A DNA stretch of 64,000 bases from positions 216,534 through 280,533 of the forward strand of contig NMRA01000173.1 of NCBI GenBank assembly GCA_002633005.1, given 5' to 3'. The number at the start of each line of letters is the position of its first letter. The first letter of the stretch is position 1. Under the pieces are notes generated by a model. It had not been told where the DNA came from. It was given only the letters and a program-made list of their open reading frames with translations, and searched no databases. Both the position numbers and the translations under genes were made by a program. Positions 1-13,090 of the stretch are shown piece by piece. Source of the stretch: Phoronis australis. Its lineage: Eukaryota; Animalia; Phoronida.

Positions 1-485
1 TCATGTTGACCTGTGTGTGACTGAGAGTGTCATCATGCCTGCTTAGTCATGTTGACCTGTGTGTGACTGAGAGTGTCATCATGCCAGCTATGTCATGCTG
101 ACCTGTGTGTGACTGAGAGTGCCATCATGCCAGCTTAGTCATGCTGACCTGTGTGTGGCTGAGAGTGTCATCATGCCTGCTTAGTCATGTTGACCTGTGT
201 GTGACTGAGAGTGTCATCATGCCAGCTATGTCATGCTGATCTGTATGTGACTGAGANGGACCAATTGCTGCTGAACTGTATGCCTGCTTAGTCATGCTGA
301 CCTGTGTGTGGCTGAGAGTGTCATCATGCCAGCTTAGTCATGCTGACCTGTGTGTGACTGAGAGTGTCATCATGCCTGCTTAGTCATGTTGACCTGTGTG
401 TGACTGAGAGTGTCATCATGCCTGCTTAGTCATGCTGATCTGTATGTGACTGAGAGTGTCATCATGCCAGGTTTGTCATGCTGAT
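1..485. repeat. 46-bp minisatellite, ~10 copies
   Basis: Unit TCATGYTGACCTGTGTGTGACTGAGAGTGTCATCATGCCWGCTTAG; interrupted at an 'n' (257) by a short non-unit insert. Confidence 0.95.
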
Positions 486-2523
486 CAGCTCATGCCTGAT
501 GAGTAGATTGTTTTGTGTTTGAAACCGAACTACAAATGTGACAAAGATACTTCATTTCAATATGAAGTCTCCTTTTGAGTTGAAAGTTGCTGGTTTAGCC
601 ATAGACACACTGCTGAATTTCAAGTAATTCTTTATAATGCTGTTTGTGGCTTAATGGTCATCTCGATTTTCTAGTTTTTCACTTCAAATGGTTAGGTATC
701 ATATTTACCTAAATGGCTACTGTTGTTGATAATGACAGGTGGCATGCTCTCATGTGTCATTGGCAGATTTTGATTTAATTGTTGTTTCTCTGTTTAAAGA
801 AACATTCTCCTGTTCAGATGAGTTTTTAATAATCAAAAGTGTGTCTTTGCACAGTCGGTATCTTTTTCACTTCATCCCCCATTTGGAATTTACTTTATCA
901 GTTTTGGCCACCAACAGCATGGAACTGTTGTTTGTTTAGTGTTAATAACTGGGACAGGAATTCTGTGTAAACATTCTGTGACTCATGTCTTGATTCCGTG
1001 CACTAGTGAAATTTGTTCACCTGAAATTTCATAGCATTTCATGTCTTTTGTTCGGATGATGTTCATTTGTCAAGTGTTTGTGGTGCTGTTATTATATTGC
1101 AAGAACTACCTGCAACTAAACAAAATGTCCAAGTGTTTGTAATATGTTTAAAAGACCACAGGTACACTGGTGAAACTTGTGCAGTGTATACCATCACAGG
1201 TGGAACATATTATATCCTGTAATCTAATTCATTTGATGTGTCTTCTTTTCTTATTTTGGTTTGAGTCAGCGGCACACTGGACAGCTTGAATAAATTAGCA
1301 GTTCTACATTCTGTACTAAGGCGATGACTCTATTTGGTTTCTCATGTTCTTTAGAGATTGGGTGCACAGCGGTGTTGTTAAGTTGTTATTTAGGCTACGG
1401 TCTCTTACTGGTGTTATGGAGAGTGTACTAAGGTAGACTATGGAAATGAGCAACTTTTTCATTTTGATGTTTTATCAGACAGTCCAAACATGCAGCTTAT
1501 AGCTTCCTCTGGCGCTGCTTGGTGTCTGTGTGATTAATAATTCATCTTCATTCACAATGGACATCATTTGCATTTGCCAGTGCATAAAGCAATTCATTTT
1601 CCTTTGTATTTAAACAGTCAATTAAAAAATAAGTGTCCCATTGGTTTTGTTTCATTGCCCCATTCTGTCTGCAAATGAACCAAACCAAACCAAAATTGTT
1701 GGCACTCGCAGTCTCAGTTGTATTGTAAACACTGCAAAAATGTCTTACAGTAAAAAATAATCTTCAATTTGAGCTAAAATTGCCATATTTCTATTTTTCA
1801 GAGGCTTACTACATTATTGCAAATGGTCAAAAATTTTATATGTTATTTGGTAGTAGCTCTGCCACACAAACCATGTCAGAAGTAAATTTTCCTGAAAAGT
1901 TTGTTTTAAGATTTTGTGTGCCAAACTGAAGAATGTTTACCAGTAGCAATTTTCCATAGTCTACCTTATTGTCTACAATCTTTGTTATTAGGAATATAGA
2001 TTTGTATTATTTTGTTCCATTTAGACTCCTTGTTATTTGTTTACAAGTCAATTGTGTGTATAGTTACTGCGTATAAGAATGGATTGTTGTTCTGTATTTT
2101 CCAAATTCCTAGAACCCACCTCTTCAAAATTGTTATCCAAATGATGGGCTCAGAATTGTGTTTACTGGACTAAACAATTGTTAGTATTTTGATAAATGCA
2201 TTTTCTTGGATAGTTAACAGCTTTATTCTTGAAAAAATGCATATTTGATCTGAATGAGTTTGATTTTGCTCTTTTGGAATTCACCAAATCAACTAACATT
2301 CTACCAAGATATTTTGTCCATTATATGCTTTGCAGAGTTTGTGACAATTTGCAAATGGCATCCTTTAGAAGAAGAAATTTTATGTGATCATACCATTTCG
2401 TCTTTGATTAATGTAAGTTGGATTGTGCATCTTATTCTGCTCTATGAAGGACAGACATGTAATTGTTAACTTTTGGAAATTCTGTTGATGTAACTAAAAT
2501 CTGGTTATTAAACAGTTTTTAGA

Positions 2524-2529
2524 AATAAA
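2524..2529 (+). promoter_or_regulatory. Candidate polyadenylation signal of an unseen upstream + strand gene
   Basis: AATAAA followed by T/GT-rich sequence, at the end of a T-rich + strand tract (~500-2560); inference only. Confidence 0.35.
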
Positions 2530-2820
2530 TAATCTTGTTTGAAATCTGTTTTATGTATTATAATTCAGAAAGTATTAGAAATATCATTTACCATGTGGTA
2601 CTCTTCACATTAGAAATATCACGTACGGTGTGATACTGTCGACATCAGAAATGTCATTTACCATGTTGCGTGTGATATTTTCAACATTAGAAAGATAACA
2701 CCACAAAACATTTTGGGCTATGGAATGTGTAACAACACACTGGCCACTTTTATTGGTTGAACATTGTCTTAGAGCTGTAACAACACAGTGGGTCACTTTT
2801 ATTGGTGGAACATAGTCTTA

Positions 2821-3314
2821 AGGGCCTTTCATACTAACGTCAACGCGTCGATGTTTTAGGGAATTGTGGTTAGTATGAACGCTTAACTTTGGTCGTGGAT
2901 CGAAGTTAACAGCGTCACTTAACTTCGCACTACACAGGTGGATTTCAGAGAGGAGCGTCGATGCTGAACGGTCAACTTCAGTCCTATCGAAGTTATCCCC
3001 AGGTGCCACTGTTATCGTCAACAATTACAGGGTAGTGCTTTCGCCAACAATTGCTTATATTTTGCTCTAATCATCACCAATCGATTTAAAATAAGTTTTA
3101 TGTCAGTTAGTACATGTTTATGTTCCCAAATTGTCACATTGAAAAAAATCTTAGCATGCAGCGCTACCTTGTGATAACTTAGATGACGACTGCGTCACCT
3201 ACCGTTTACTTCAATGTTCATTAACTTCTGAAGCCAGTATGAACGGTTCAGTTAACTTCACAGTATATGTCGACGCTCCACTCAGACAGGAGTTAAGTCA
3301 ATATTGAAGGGTCT
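2821..3314. mobile_element. Non-autonomous DNA transposon (PIF/Harbinger-like MITE)
   Basis: Imperfect TIRs (AGGGCCTTTCATACTAACGTCAAC / GTTAAGTCAATATTGAAGGGTCT) and TTA duplication (2818-2820, 3315-3317); splits a ~49-bp tandem repeat (2725-2820, 3315-3368). Confidence 0.65.
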
Positions 3315-4772
3315 TTAGAGCTGTAACAACACAGTGGGTCACTTTTATTGGTGGAACATAGTCTAGAGTTGTGTTCTTCCCACGCCCAGAAATAAATTTT
3401 CATCTGATTCTGGAACAAACTGGGCAATTTTGTTGACAAAAGGGGTTTATTTGCAGCAGAAAGGTATGGTTGGATAGAAGAATGAACATGAGAGTTATCG
3501 GTTATAACCTTCACACGTTTTTTAAACTTCAAACTTCATTTGATCTGCTGCAGTTTTGTCAGGAATGGGTAGCTAGACTATGAAATTGCATTCATGCTCT
3601 AAAAACAGTAATTTTAAATAACAGATATCGGCGGATGACCTGTGGTCAGCCACACAAAATCCTGCATTAGTTCAAGATGAACAAAAATGTAAATTCCAAG
3701 CCTTGAATTGATAATCCCAAATCCATTACATCAAAGTAAAACTATTCACGATAGTGTTTATTATAAATGTCTTTATACAATCGCAAATCCCTCATGATAA
3801 CCTAACAAAAATGAAACAAACATTCAAATTATACTTGTTCTTATAATCTACTTTATCCTTGAACACATGTCCATTGGAACACCAAAGTGTCCATATCCTT
3901 AACACAATAAATAACAATAAATTAACAAATAATGACACGTCTACAATAAACTAAAACTTGAATATTCAGCCATCTTGTCTCAATTGTAAGCAAGAAAAGG
4001 AACATTGATCTCAGGAGTGGATCCAGGATATCATTAGGGGGTAATTTCGCTCCAAGTAGCGACATTTGCTGACATGTTTTGACCATTGCTAACAGCTGCA
4101 GGGGGACAATGCTGGATTTGGGGGGAATGTAAGGGTGGGACCCTGGTCCCCCCACACACCCCCCCCCCAAATTCACCAATGAATTTTACTAAAACATGTG
4201 CACGCTCTCCAGCTTCCTCACACGCATTCAAACTAATTAATCAAAAGTTATTCCTAAATGATACTCTTTTGACATGGGATCACTTTTTCATTACAAATAA
4301 ACCAAATTTTGGCAACACTTCTTAATTTTTGTTGGTGCAACAAAAATGGCTACCACAGATGAACTTACATGAACTGAAAAGTTGCTAGTAAAGATGCAAA
4401 TACATACAGGGTGTAACCTAAAAAACTTCCATTCTCTATCTTCAAGATATTACATAACACTAATTAAAGCTGCTATAAACCTTCCTTTAGCCCACTTTTA
4501 ATTTACAGCACTTACCGCTATCAAACTAAGTCTTGTATTATTCCTTAGTCAAATTAGAAGTGATTTCTAGGCCTAAAGAGAACTCGTAAGTGGTCATTGG
4601 TAGAGACTAGGCACTACAAGTTGGTTTGCCAAGCCCATATACAGCGTCTGCAGAAAGATAAGAGCAAGTAGAATTTGTGAGTTTTTATAGCAAAATGTTC
4701 ACTTAATCAAGTCAGTTTCTTTAGACTGAACACAATTAAGTTTATAAACGTTTAATTGTTGCTGAAAAGCTG

Positions 4773-5005
4773 CACATTCCAACACCTTGCAGTCACATCC
4801 AACACATTGCAGTTATATTCAACACATTGCAGTCACATCCAACACATTGCAGTTATATCCAACACATTGCAGTCATATCCAACACATTGCAGTCATATCC
4901 AACACCTTGCAGTCATATCCAACACATTGCAGTCACATCCAACACCTTGCAGTCATATCCAACACATTGCAGTCGCATCCAACACATTGCAGCTATATCC
5001 AACAA
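4773..5005. repeat. 20-bp minisatellite, ~11 copies
   Basis: Unit AACACATTGCAGTCATATCC. Confidence 0.95.
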
Positions 5006-6807
5006 CAAATGCACAAATATATTAAAACATAGCCACTAATGAAAATATATATTAGTATTTCACCAAATTTATGTTGACTGTATCACCTAATACTGCAGTC
5101 AGACAGAGAGTGGTCATGTTCACTCCCTCCACTTGAACATGCAACACCTGACAAGGAATCATGCAGAGGCATATTTTATGAGTCCTCCAAGCTAAATAAT
5201 GGTGATATACACTTTTAAACAGATATAATGCACTTTGCCCATCAACACTATACACAATTACTACACTTCACAAATTAAAAATGGCAAGAGTTATGAATAT
5301 TTTGGAAGTAACTAAACAGGATATTGGTAGCATTTTAACTATCCTTTGATAAGGCTGAATAAATTTTAGCACACTTATGAAAAGACATCAAATTCAAATT
5401 GAGCAATTCAAGTGAACTTAACAGCTAGTCACACTGTTCCAAAGTCAGTGTAATGACACTCCAACTATTTATCATTGGAGATAATATTTGCATATGGAAG
5501 CCAAGAGAAAACCTGAGAGTAGGACTAATAGACCATAAAATGCAATACTGAGTACTGGATAACATTTGGTAGGCTATGCCGATACATCGCCTACACGTGC
5601 TTAAAGGTAACTCTTAAAAGTTGATCTTGCACATCAATTCCTTAGGTCTACAATTGCTTGGTCAACTTGGTTAGAAACACAACATATAGCAACGATGTCA
5701 ACATGAAGTAGGTTGAAATTTGCCAAATGTTTTTAAGAACGAGTGTTAAATCGAAAACGATCCTTCGTAAGTTACTCGACCGTATCCAGTAAGTATCGTG
5801 ACGTGGTATTGGCGAAAAACCCTGCATGATGCGGGCTATGTGAGCCCCCAAGGTATGTCATAAGTGCAAAGATTAACTATTTGCAGATTTTTTGTTTTCA
5901 CATTTTCAAGTTGTCAATGAATGTAACTACACTTTATATAGCGTAGATTATGTTAAAATAGCATTGTCGTTCAGTTCCTTTATATATTAGCATAGTTAGG
6001 AACATGCAAATACAGGGACATTATCGGCAAGAAAAGTACTTTTTCTGAAAATAGAACCTGCTACCTCTGCAGTTGCAGCCTAACACTCTTCATGTGTTAA
6101 ATTCCACTCATTGACAGAGAATTGAGAACATATTTACCGGTAAATGTTAAAGACAGTTTCCTTGATTTCAGCAAATGTCTGGCAGACAACGGTGAGAATT
6201 AGGAGGTGATTTTGAGTTGTTTTCTATACCCCTGATCAAAGCTAGCAACCTCAAAAAGTTCCATCCAACACTAATCCCATAAAACCAATATGTCTTTTTA
6301 ACATGCTATGCACATCTGCTACTTGTTTACACTGCACTAAATTTTGAGACAAGTTCTTCCAGTAACAACTTGATCAGGCTCAAGTATTATTGTAAAGGCA
6401 AGTTGTCCTACAACAAGGTAGTGCCGTGGAATATAAGAGAAAAATAAAAAACAAGAATAAGATGCAAGCACATTTGCAGTGTTTTGTATGACTTCATTAG
6501 TTTTAATACCATCACTCCAGTGCCATTTGAAATAAATATTGATTACCAAACAAGTGTGCTGATGCACTTTCCATGTTCTATAGGCTTCAGGTGTAGAGTT
6601 GGACAAAACAGCTTGCATAATTTTATTGTAATGTAAACAGCACAAAACTAATAATTTCACTTTATGCCAGAAATAATGAATGCATAAAGTAACTTACATG
6701 CTGACCTAACCTGAGAATTGTTACTAATAGTAAATCTAAGGGCCTGAGTTTGAGCTTTATTGCGCTTACTTTGCCCAAAAAAATAATATCACTTAGATGC
6801 ATATACT

Positions 6808-7428
6808 TCAAGGTTTCACAAAATATTTGGTATCAACTGCAATTTTGATATAGATAGCATCGTCTTTGATATAGTTTCTTGTCTTCAGCACTTCGTGTGA
6901 TACAAACTTTGGGTAGCCAAAGCCCAGAGCCTCTGCTTCTTGATTTGGAAGAGGCTTTTGAAAGTGTTTCCAGGTCGGATCGGGCAAGAAACTCTCCACA
7001 ATGTTCACTCGCTTGTCCAATGATGAGCTTTGGTCGTACAGCGTGAATGAAATCGGCAGTGAGAACGGCCAATCAAGTAAGTTGTCATAGTCACCGGGCA
7101 ACATTTTAATGTAGAGCGAAAGAAACTTTCCCTCACCCGACCCATTACCATTCAGGAACACAGATGCTGACAATTTATAGCCGTGTCGGCCTGTAAAAAA
7201 TGGCTGACTGACCAACTCAACATTGGATTTTAGTTTTGACTCTGCCATCTTGGATTTGTAGTCTGTGATGCGCCACAGCAGCGTTCCGTCTGTGTTGTGT
7301 GTGAGAGTCTGTATTGTGTTGCGCAGGGTTGTCATTTCCAGCTTCTGTTTCTTAACGAGGTCACACATCAACGATAGGTGAGTCTTCATACTGTCCTGTA
7401 GATGTTTGTCTAACGTGAACCTCGGACA
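6808..7428 (-). CDS. TRAF4: TRAF4 exon 7 (last coding exon): coiled coil plus MATH/TRAF-C domain
   Basis: AG acceptor at 7430-7429; CPRFTLDKHL...GTLLWRITDY...GYKLSASVFLNGNGSGEG...LDWPF...PDPTWKHFQKP...LGFGYPKFVSH; TGA stop; 621 nt. Confidence 0.97.
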   Translation of the reverse strand, partial: CPRFTLDKHLQDSMKTHLSLMCDLVKKQKLEMTTLRNTIQTLTHNTDGTLLWRITDYKSKMAESKLKSNVELVSQPFFTGRHGYKLSASVFLNGNGSGEGKFLSLYIKMLPGDYDNLLDWPFSLPISFTLYDQSSSLDKRVNIVESFLPDPTWKHFQKPLPNQEAEALGFGYPKFVSHEVLKTRNYIKDDAIYIKIAVDTKYFVKP

Positions 7429-7602
7429 CTGTAACAAATACATTAAGAAGTAAGTGATACTCAATTGATCTTTTTACAGTTTTACAGTTAGAGGTTTCTG
7501 GACATCTGTCAACCTCACTACTTGTTGGCTGCAAAGACAGGTGTACATTCTCTAATTCATTGATTAGTTTCAAACTGCTTGCAAATGCATCTTACCACGA
7601 TC

Positions 7603-7697
7603 CCTTGCAGATACCTCACAAATGTGACTTCCGCAATACCTTGCAGATACCTCACAAATGTGACTTCCCACAATACCTTGCAGAGACCTCACAAATA
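7603..7697. repeat. ~36-bp tandem repeat, ~2.6 copies
   Basis: Unit CCTTGCAGATACCTCACAAATGTGACTTCCGCAATA. Confidence 0.85.
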
Positions 7698-8092
7698 CCA
7701 AACAACAAAAAGGTAAATGTCAAACCCAAAACTGTCAGAAACAACTCAATAAACACGCACAATTTTAAAATGGATTCCCCTTACAGTATGTACTTGATTG
7801 AAACATTTAGCACATATTATGGCCGACACACAAGCTTTAGCCACTCAATGGACTGCCACATTTGCAGCACTAAGACTTTAAAATATTTGATGATGTGTCA
7901 TGTTACCGAAGGTATTTGCTGTTGTCATCACATTTTGTGAGTGCACACTAATTTTGACTCATTGATTGATACTTTGGAATCATAGTTTTTAAAAACCTGA
8001 ATGCAGTATTATCTAATTCGTCATATTAATTCCCGTTTTCAATTTGCACACCATGTGATGTCAGCAGCATGTTCTCATTTTTATGGACTTAC

Positions 8093-8248
8093 CCTGTATT
8101 TACAGTCAGCCTCTGCAAATGTGCACGCGATGGTGGTAGAGGGGCACTGTTCCTGCACGTGCTGGTCCACCTCCTCGCGGGGGATCTTGGCAGGGTCACA
8201 TCTGTTGGGGCATGAGACAGGGTACCGTGGGCAGTTGTACTGGTGTGT
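8093..8248 (-). CDS. TRAF4: TRAF4 exon 6 (TRAF zinc finger)
   Basis: AG/GT-flanked, 156 nt, phase 0-0; THQYNCPRYPVSCPNRCDPAKIPREEVDQHVQEQCPSTTIACTFAEADCKYR. Confidence 0.95.
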
Positions 8249-8876
8249 CTGCAGAGAGATAAAAATAGTGTGCGGTGGACTTCAATGGCATTCTGGGCTT
8301 GGCTATTCAAAACCCATAGAGGTAATAAATTAATTATCTTCTCACCCAGGACCATAAACCTTTTGTCAGGCCAATTGGGGCAGTAATGGCCGGATATAAT
8401 ATGCTCGCACTTTGAGAACCAGTTTTCTTCACTGAATAACTTGGTCATCAAACTGATCAAACTGGTTCTCAAAATGTGGGCAGTTATATCCAACTATTGC
8501 CATTGGGGCAGTTGTATGGCTAAGAGCAGGGTTCACAAAGAACTACTTTCACTGACCTTGCATGTCAATTTCAAAAGGCCTATTGTGTGTGAGTGATCCC
8601 CATGATTTACAACCATCTGTAAGATTCTAAGCCACTATGCTGGACAAGTTATCCCCTCCAACCTCAAAATGGGTTGGCCTCTATCGGCACTTAGTGGATG
8701 AAGATCACATGTCCTGCCATTACACAAACACACACAGCTGATTAAGCCAGTCTTTATGAGTCTGGCAACAGTATAATATTTCTTCTACATGGCCAGTGAA
8801 CCATTAACAGAGTTGAACACACACATTTCCAACTTCTATATCACACACACACACAAGTGTTATTCTCTGCACATAC

Positions 8877-9038
8877 CTGTAACGTCTCGTACATGAACTC
8901 CTTGCCACAGAACCGGCACGGTGTTGTCCTCTTGTGGCATTCATTTTTCATATGGTTGGGGAGGAACCGTCGCTGGATGCGGGCGCCACACTTGTTTTCA
9001 CACCACACCGTTTCCAACTGGCAATTCCCTTCATGATT
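8877..9038 (-). CDS. TRAF4: TRAF4 exon 5 (TRAF zinc finger)
   Basis: AG/GT-flanked, 162 nt; NHEGNCQLETVWCENKCGARIQRRFLPNHMKNECHKRTTPCRFCGKEFMYETLQ. Confidence 0.96.
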
Positions 9039-9472
9039 CTGAAACAGCATACTGCTACATCAACATGGTAAGGAAATCTATGGAAAGCAGAGGCACACTT
9101 CTGATTCTGCCAACCAAAACACACTAATGCAGAGTTGGCAAATCAACTAATACAATTCAAGGATTCTTTAATGATACATTTGTTTTCATTTTTAATTATT
9201 GACAGCTATGTCAAGTACAATGGACTTTGTCTTGTTTAAAAGACAACGGTCAATTACATATGAACTTCAAATTTTGATTTTAAAATTGTATCTAAGTCAC
9301 GTCTTGTTTCAAATCCTCATTTTTATGAACATCCTACTTAAAAATGACTTATTTTCCACCATGTCGATAATTTGCACAAGTGTAAGACATTATAGTTATG
9401 TACAGAAGAGCCTTCATCACATGCTCTTAATTAGAAGGCACCACAAAGGCTAAAGAAATGATCAAATCTTAC

Positions 9473-9634
9473 GTCCATGCAGTCGCCACTGAATTCCAGG
9501 CCACAAAATTCGCAGGTGACTTTTCTCTTCGGACAGTCATATGCCACATGATCATTAAGACTGAGTCGACTCAATATGGCTGAACATCTGTTTGGACAAG
9601 GCATGGCGTCATAACGGCATGTTTCTAAATGGGC
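9473..9634 (-). CDS. TRAF4: TRAF4 exon 4 (TRAF zinc finger)
   Basis: AG/GT-flanked, 162 nt; AHLETCRYDAMPCPNRCSAILSRLSLNDHVAYDCPKRKVTCEFCGLEFSGDCMD. Confidence 0.95.
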
Positions 9635-9831
9635 CTACAAAGCATGTAAACAGTTTATTGTTTTGTTTTTGCCAAAAAATGATACCAACTCCAAGCTGGT
9701 CACAAGAAGACATTCAGTTGAATCAGTGTATAAAATGTGAAAATATTGAAAAATTCAAATCCAGCGAACAACCACCGTATCCAATTTGTGTTCCAATACA
9801 GAAGCAGTATGTTTCCTGCCATGTTACTTAG

Positions 9832-10120
9832 CACCCACAAAATGGTGATAATGTCTATTGCAAGTTACTCAGTTAGAAACACCCACAAAATGATGATAAT
9901 GTCTATTGCAAGTTACTCAGTTAGAAACACCCACAAAATGATGATCATGTCTATTCCAAGTTACTCAGTTAGAAACACCCACAAAATGATGATCATGTCT
10001 ATTCCAAGTTACTCAGTTAGAAACACCCACAAAATGATGATAATGTCTATTCCAAGTTACTCAGTTAGAAACACCCACAAAATGATGATCATGTCTATTG
10101 CAAGTTACTCAGTTAGAAAC
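9832..10120. repeat. 48-bp minisatellite, 6 copies
   Basis: Unit ACCCACAAAATGATGATMATGTCTATTSCAAGTTACTCAGTTAGAAAC. Confidence 0.95.
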
Positions 10121-10959
10121 CATGTGATTTGTCACTTCTCCCCGAGCTCAGAAATCAATTCAAGTCTGAGTAAGGTGCAACATCAGGTGCAACATCAGGT
10201 GCAACATCAGGCTTATAGTGGCAAGAGGTTTAACATTGAACAACTACAGAGAATTGTACAATGAGATTTCAATCCTGTCCAACATGACACTCTTAGTGTT
10301 TTGCCAGTCACAGCAAAATTCTGGTAATTTTCCACTTATTTCACACAACAGTCATAATGCTCATTTTCCATGTTTCAAAGGCCTATTATCTTTTTGCAAA
10401 TAACGCGAGTTTTAGCAAATGTTGTTTTATGATACGCACACAGTGCAATCCATGCTTGTAAAAGACTAAAATGTTCCCAGTCTTTACTTCTGTAGAGAAA
10501 TTAACAAAATAGAATTTCACTTGATGCCAAAAAGTTAACCAGATAAGAGATCTGGTTGATTCTCCATGACCACTTTCGGCTTACAGACCATTATAATGTC
10601 GCAGTTGCTATAGCGCAAAAGCAACTTTTTTCATGTCATTTTTAGTAAAAATATGGTTCGTAATTAACTGAAAAATATGTCTGGGATAATCAACAAATCG
10701 TATTTTTACTAAAAATGACATGACAAAAGGTTATCTTCACCTTTAACTTAGTGAAGTCAATCAAGTGCAGCCTCTGTCATGCACATATGCAAAGAACACC
10801 ACCTGCCTAGGCCTATAAGTGAAATGCTTGCCCCATGTGTGAAAAATAGAAGCATAAGTTTTATTATGAAACATGGATTTTTTTATCATACACACGTGAA
10901 CCTAAACCCACACAAATGTTATAATTAATAAGTGTGGCAAAGCCATCAAATATATCTAC

Positions 10960-11064
10960 CTGTAAATTTTGCAGCTTGCCAGCCCACTTACAACCCTCCT
11001 TTTGATGCGTACATTTGATTACACAGTTGATGATTTCCATATGGAGATCGGGATCAGGGTATAT
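10960..11064 (-). CDS. TRAF4: TRAF4 exon 3
   Basis: AG/GT-flanked, 105 nt; IYPDPDLHMEIINCVIKCTHQKEGCKWAGKLQNLQ. Confidence 0.96.
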
Positions 11065-11570
11065 CTGAAACACATAAAATGATTATCTCTTACAAAATTC
11101 AGATTCGTCTACCATTCATACATTTTTCCCAACAGGATTGAAACATACACATCTTAATGCGCACAAATACACGCAACAATAGCTATCAAATGTATGTTCA
11201 GAAGCATAAACACAGCTGATCTAAGTTCCATTGATGTTAACAGCATTGTTCCACTTCAAAGTGAAGACTCATGGCATCGTTCTCGGGTAAAAACAAATCT
11301 CAGAAAAAGAATTTGCTGACTTGCACAAGAATTGTCTAGAAGTGTTGATTCACAACTCATTTGTTGACCTTATGTGTCGCATCTGATCACAGAACATGTT
11401 GGATATGCTGCATTTTTCAAGTATAAAATAATGTGATCTGCACTAGGACTTGTTTATCTGGTTTACTTATCTAATTTGTAAACTAGTCAAATTTTTATGG
11501 ACCAAGGCATAATATCATGGTACACGGTATCCTGTCACAAGCAAATAATTATAGTAAGAACAAACCTATC

Positions 11571-11766
11571 ACACTCAACAGAATGCAATATTTACATAGG
11601 TTATTCAGTCGAACTTCTCACACTCAACAGAATGCAATACTTGCATTGGTTATTCAGTCAAACGTGTCATACTCAACAGAATGCAATATTTGTATCAGTT
11701 ATTCAGTCAAACTTATTACACTCAGCAGAATGCAATATTTGCATAAGTTATTCAGTCAAACTTATC
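11571..11766. repeat. 49-bp minisatellite, 4 diverged copies
   Basis: Unit ACACTCAACAGAATGCAATATTTGCATAGGTTATTCAGTCAAACTTATC. Confidence 0.85.
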
Positions 11767-12473
11767 ATTAAAGTAAACAGCATCCAACAGATGTGTGGTA
11801 ATGAAGTGGTTATAATGATCCAATTAAGCCAGGATGAGACCATGTGAGCATGTAAAACAAGGATAGCACACAGCGAAATATTGATTAATCTATAAAAAGA
11901 TGTGGTACAACACCTGGAGTCATCAAAGTGGCACTCTGACCCTGCACTCTGACCCTGCACTCTGACCCCGGTTATTATGTAAAAGAAATGTCTGCATTGT
12001 ACCATGTTTCACTATAGACCTTATTCACGTCGACAGGAGGCGCGTTCCAAAACGAGGCTCGCTACGATAGCCCTGGTGGCTTATCTATGTAGTAGTACAC
12101 CGCGTTGCTTGAACAGCTAGAAAAAATACGGACACTCTGTTTTACAATCCCTAAGGACATTGGGATTCGGAAGCGTTGGGTCCTTGCCATACGCTGCGAC
12201 GAAGGAAAATATGTCTGTATAAAATTTATAACCGTTTTCGAATCATAATTTGTCGCATCTCGGACTGGATGCCACCATAGCAACGATGACCGGAGAATCT
12301 TCGGCCAGCCAGGCTGTTGAAGCGCGATGCATTTTTCTTTACAAAAAGGACAGGGGCCCTCAAACCCTCAATTTTGGGGCCAAATATCGGCCCTATTCCC
12401 CTCTCAATAATATTGAAAAATCTCCATGATAGCAAGTAACAGCATATGTTCACGAAAACAACAACGGATTTAA

Positions 12474-12521
12474 AACTTGACATGTTTCGGTGTCATTTAT
12501 TAAACACCATCCTCAGAAGTC
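12474..12521 (-). ncRNA. Minimal type I hammerhead ribozyme (PLE-associated)
   Basis: Reverse complement reads GACUU CUGAGGA U GGUGU-loop-ACACC GAAAC AU GUC^ AAGUU. Confidence 0.8.
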
Positions 12522-13042
12522 ATAATACAGTGGCCACCTAGCTAGGCCCAGCAACAAGTAATGAAGCACAGATACAGTCAGTTACAGGGAGTGACAATGA
12601 ACTATACCAACAATGACAACCTGTGGTGTGTCAGTTGCCTATTGAGATTGGGCTTGCACCAACTGATATGTAAAGCCTCACGAATTTTAAGCTCCTTTGT
12701 TGTTACTGCCTGGTCTATTATTGCAAAGTCATTGAAAGAGCACTGCTGATAACAATGATTGGAGCTCTGCAGGTGAATANNNNNNNNNNNNNNNNNNNNN
12801 NNNNNNNNNNNNNNNNNNNNNNNNNNNNNNNNNGACTTTGCAATAATAGACCAGGCAGTAACAACAAAGGAGCTTAAAATTCGTGAGGCTTTACATATCA
12901 GTTGGTGCAAGCCCAATCTCAATAGGCAACTGACACACCACAGGTTGTCATTGTTGGTATAGTTCATTGTCACTCCCTGTAACTGACTGTATCTGTGCTT
13001 CATTACTTGTTGCTGGGCCTAGCTAGGTGGCCACTGTATTAT

Positions 13043-13090
13043 GACTTCTGAGGATGGTGTTTAATAAATGACACCGAAACATGTCAAGTT
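13043..13090 (+). ncRNA. Minimal type I hammerhead ribozyme (PLE-associated)
   Basis: Stem I GACTT/AAGTT, core CTGAGGA, stem II GGTGT/ACACC, GAAA, palindromic ACATGT stem III, GTC cleavage triplet ending at 13085. Confidence 0.8.

Noticed and set aside
496-525. CTGATGA...GAAAC hammerhead-like core
   Set aside because: No convincing stem II, no NUH triplet, no stem I pairing.
9737-10264. 175-aa ORF with 16-aa repeats; likewise ORFs at 4756-5039, 32771-33106, 36804-37145 and 53072-53662
   Set aside because: Stop-free frames through minisatellites.
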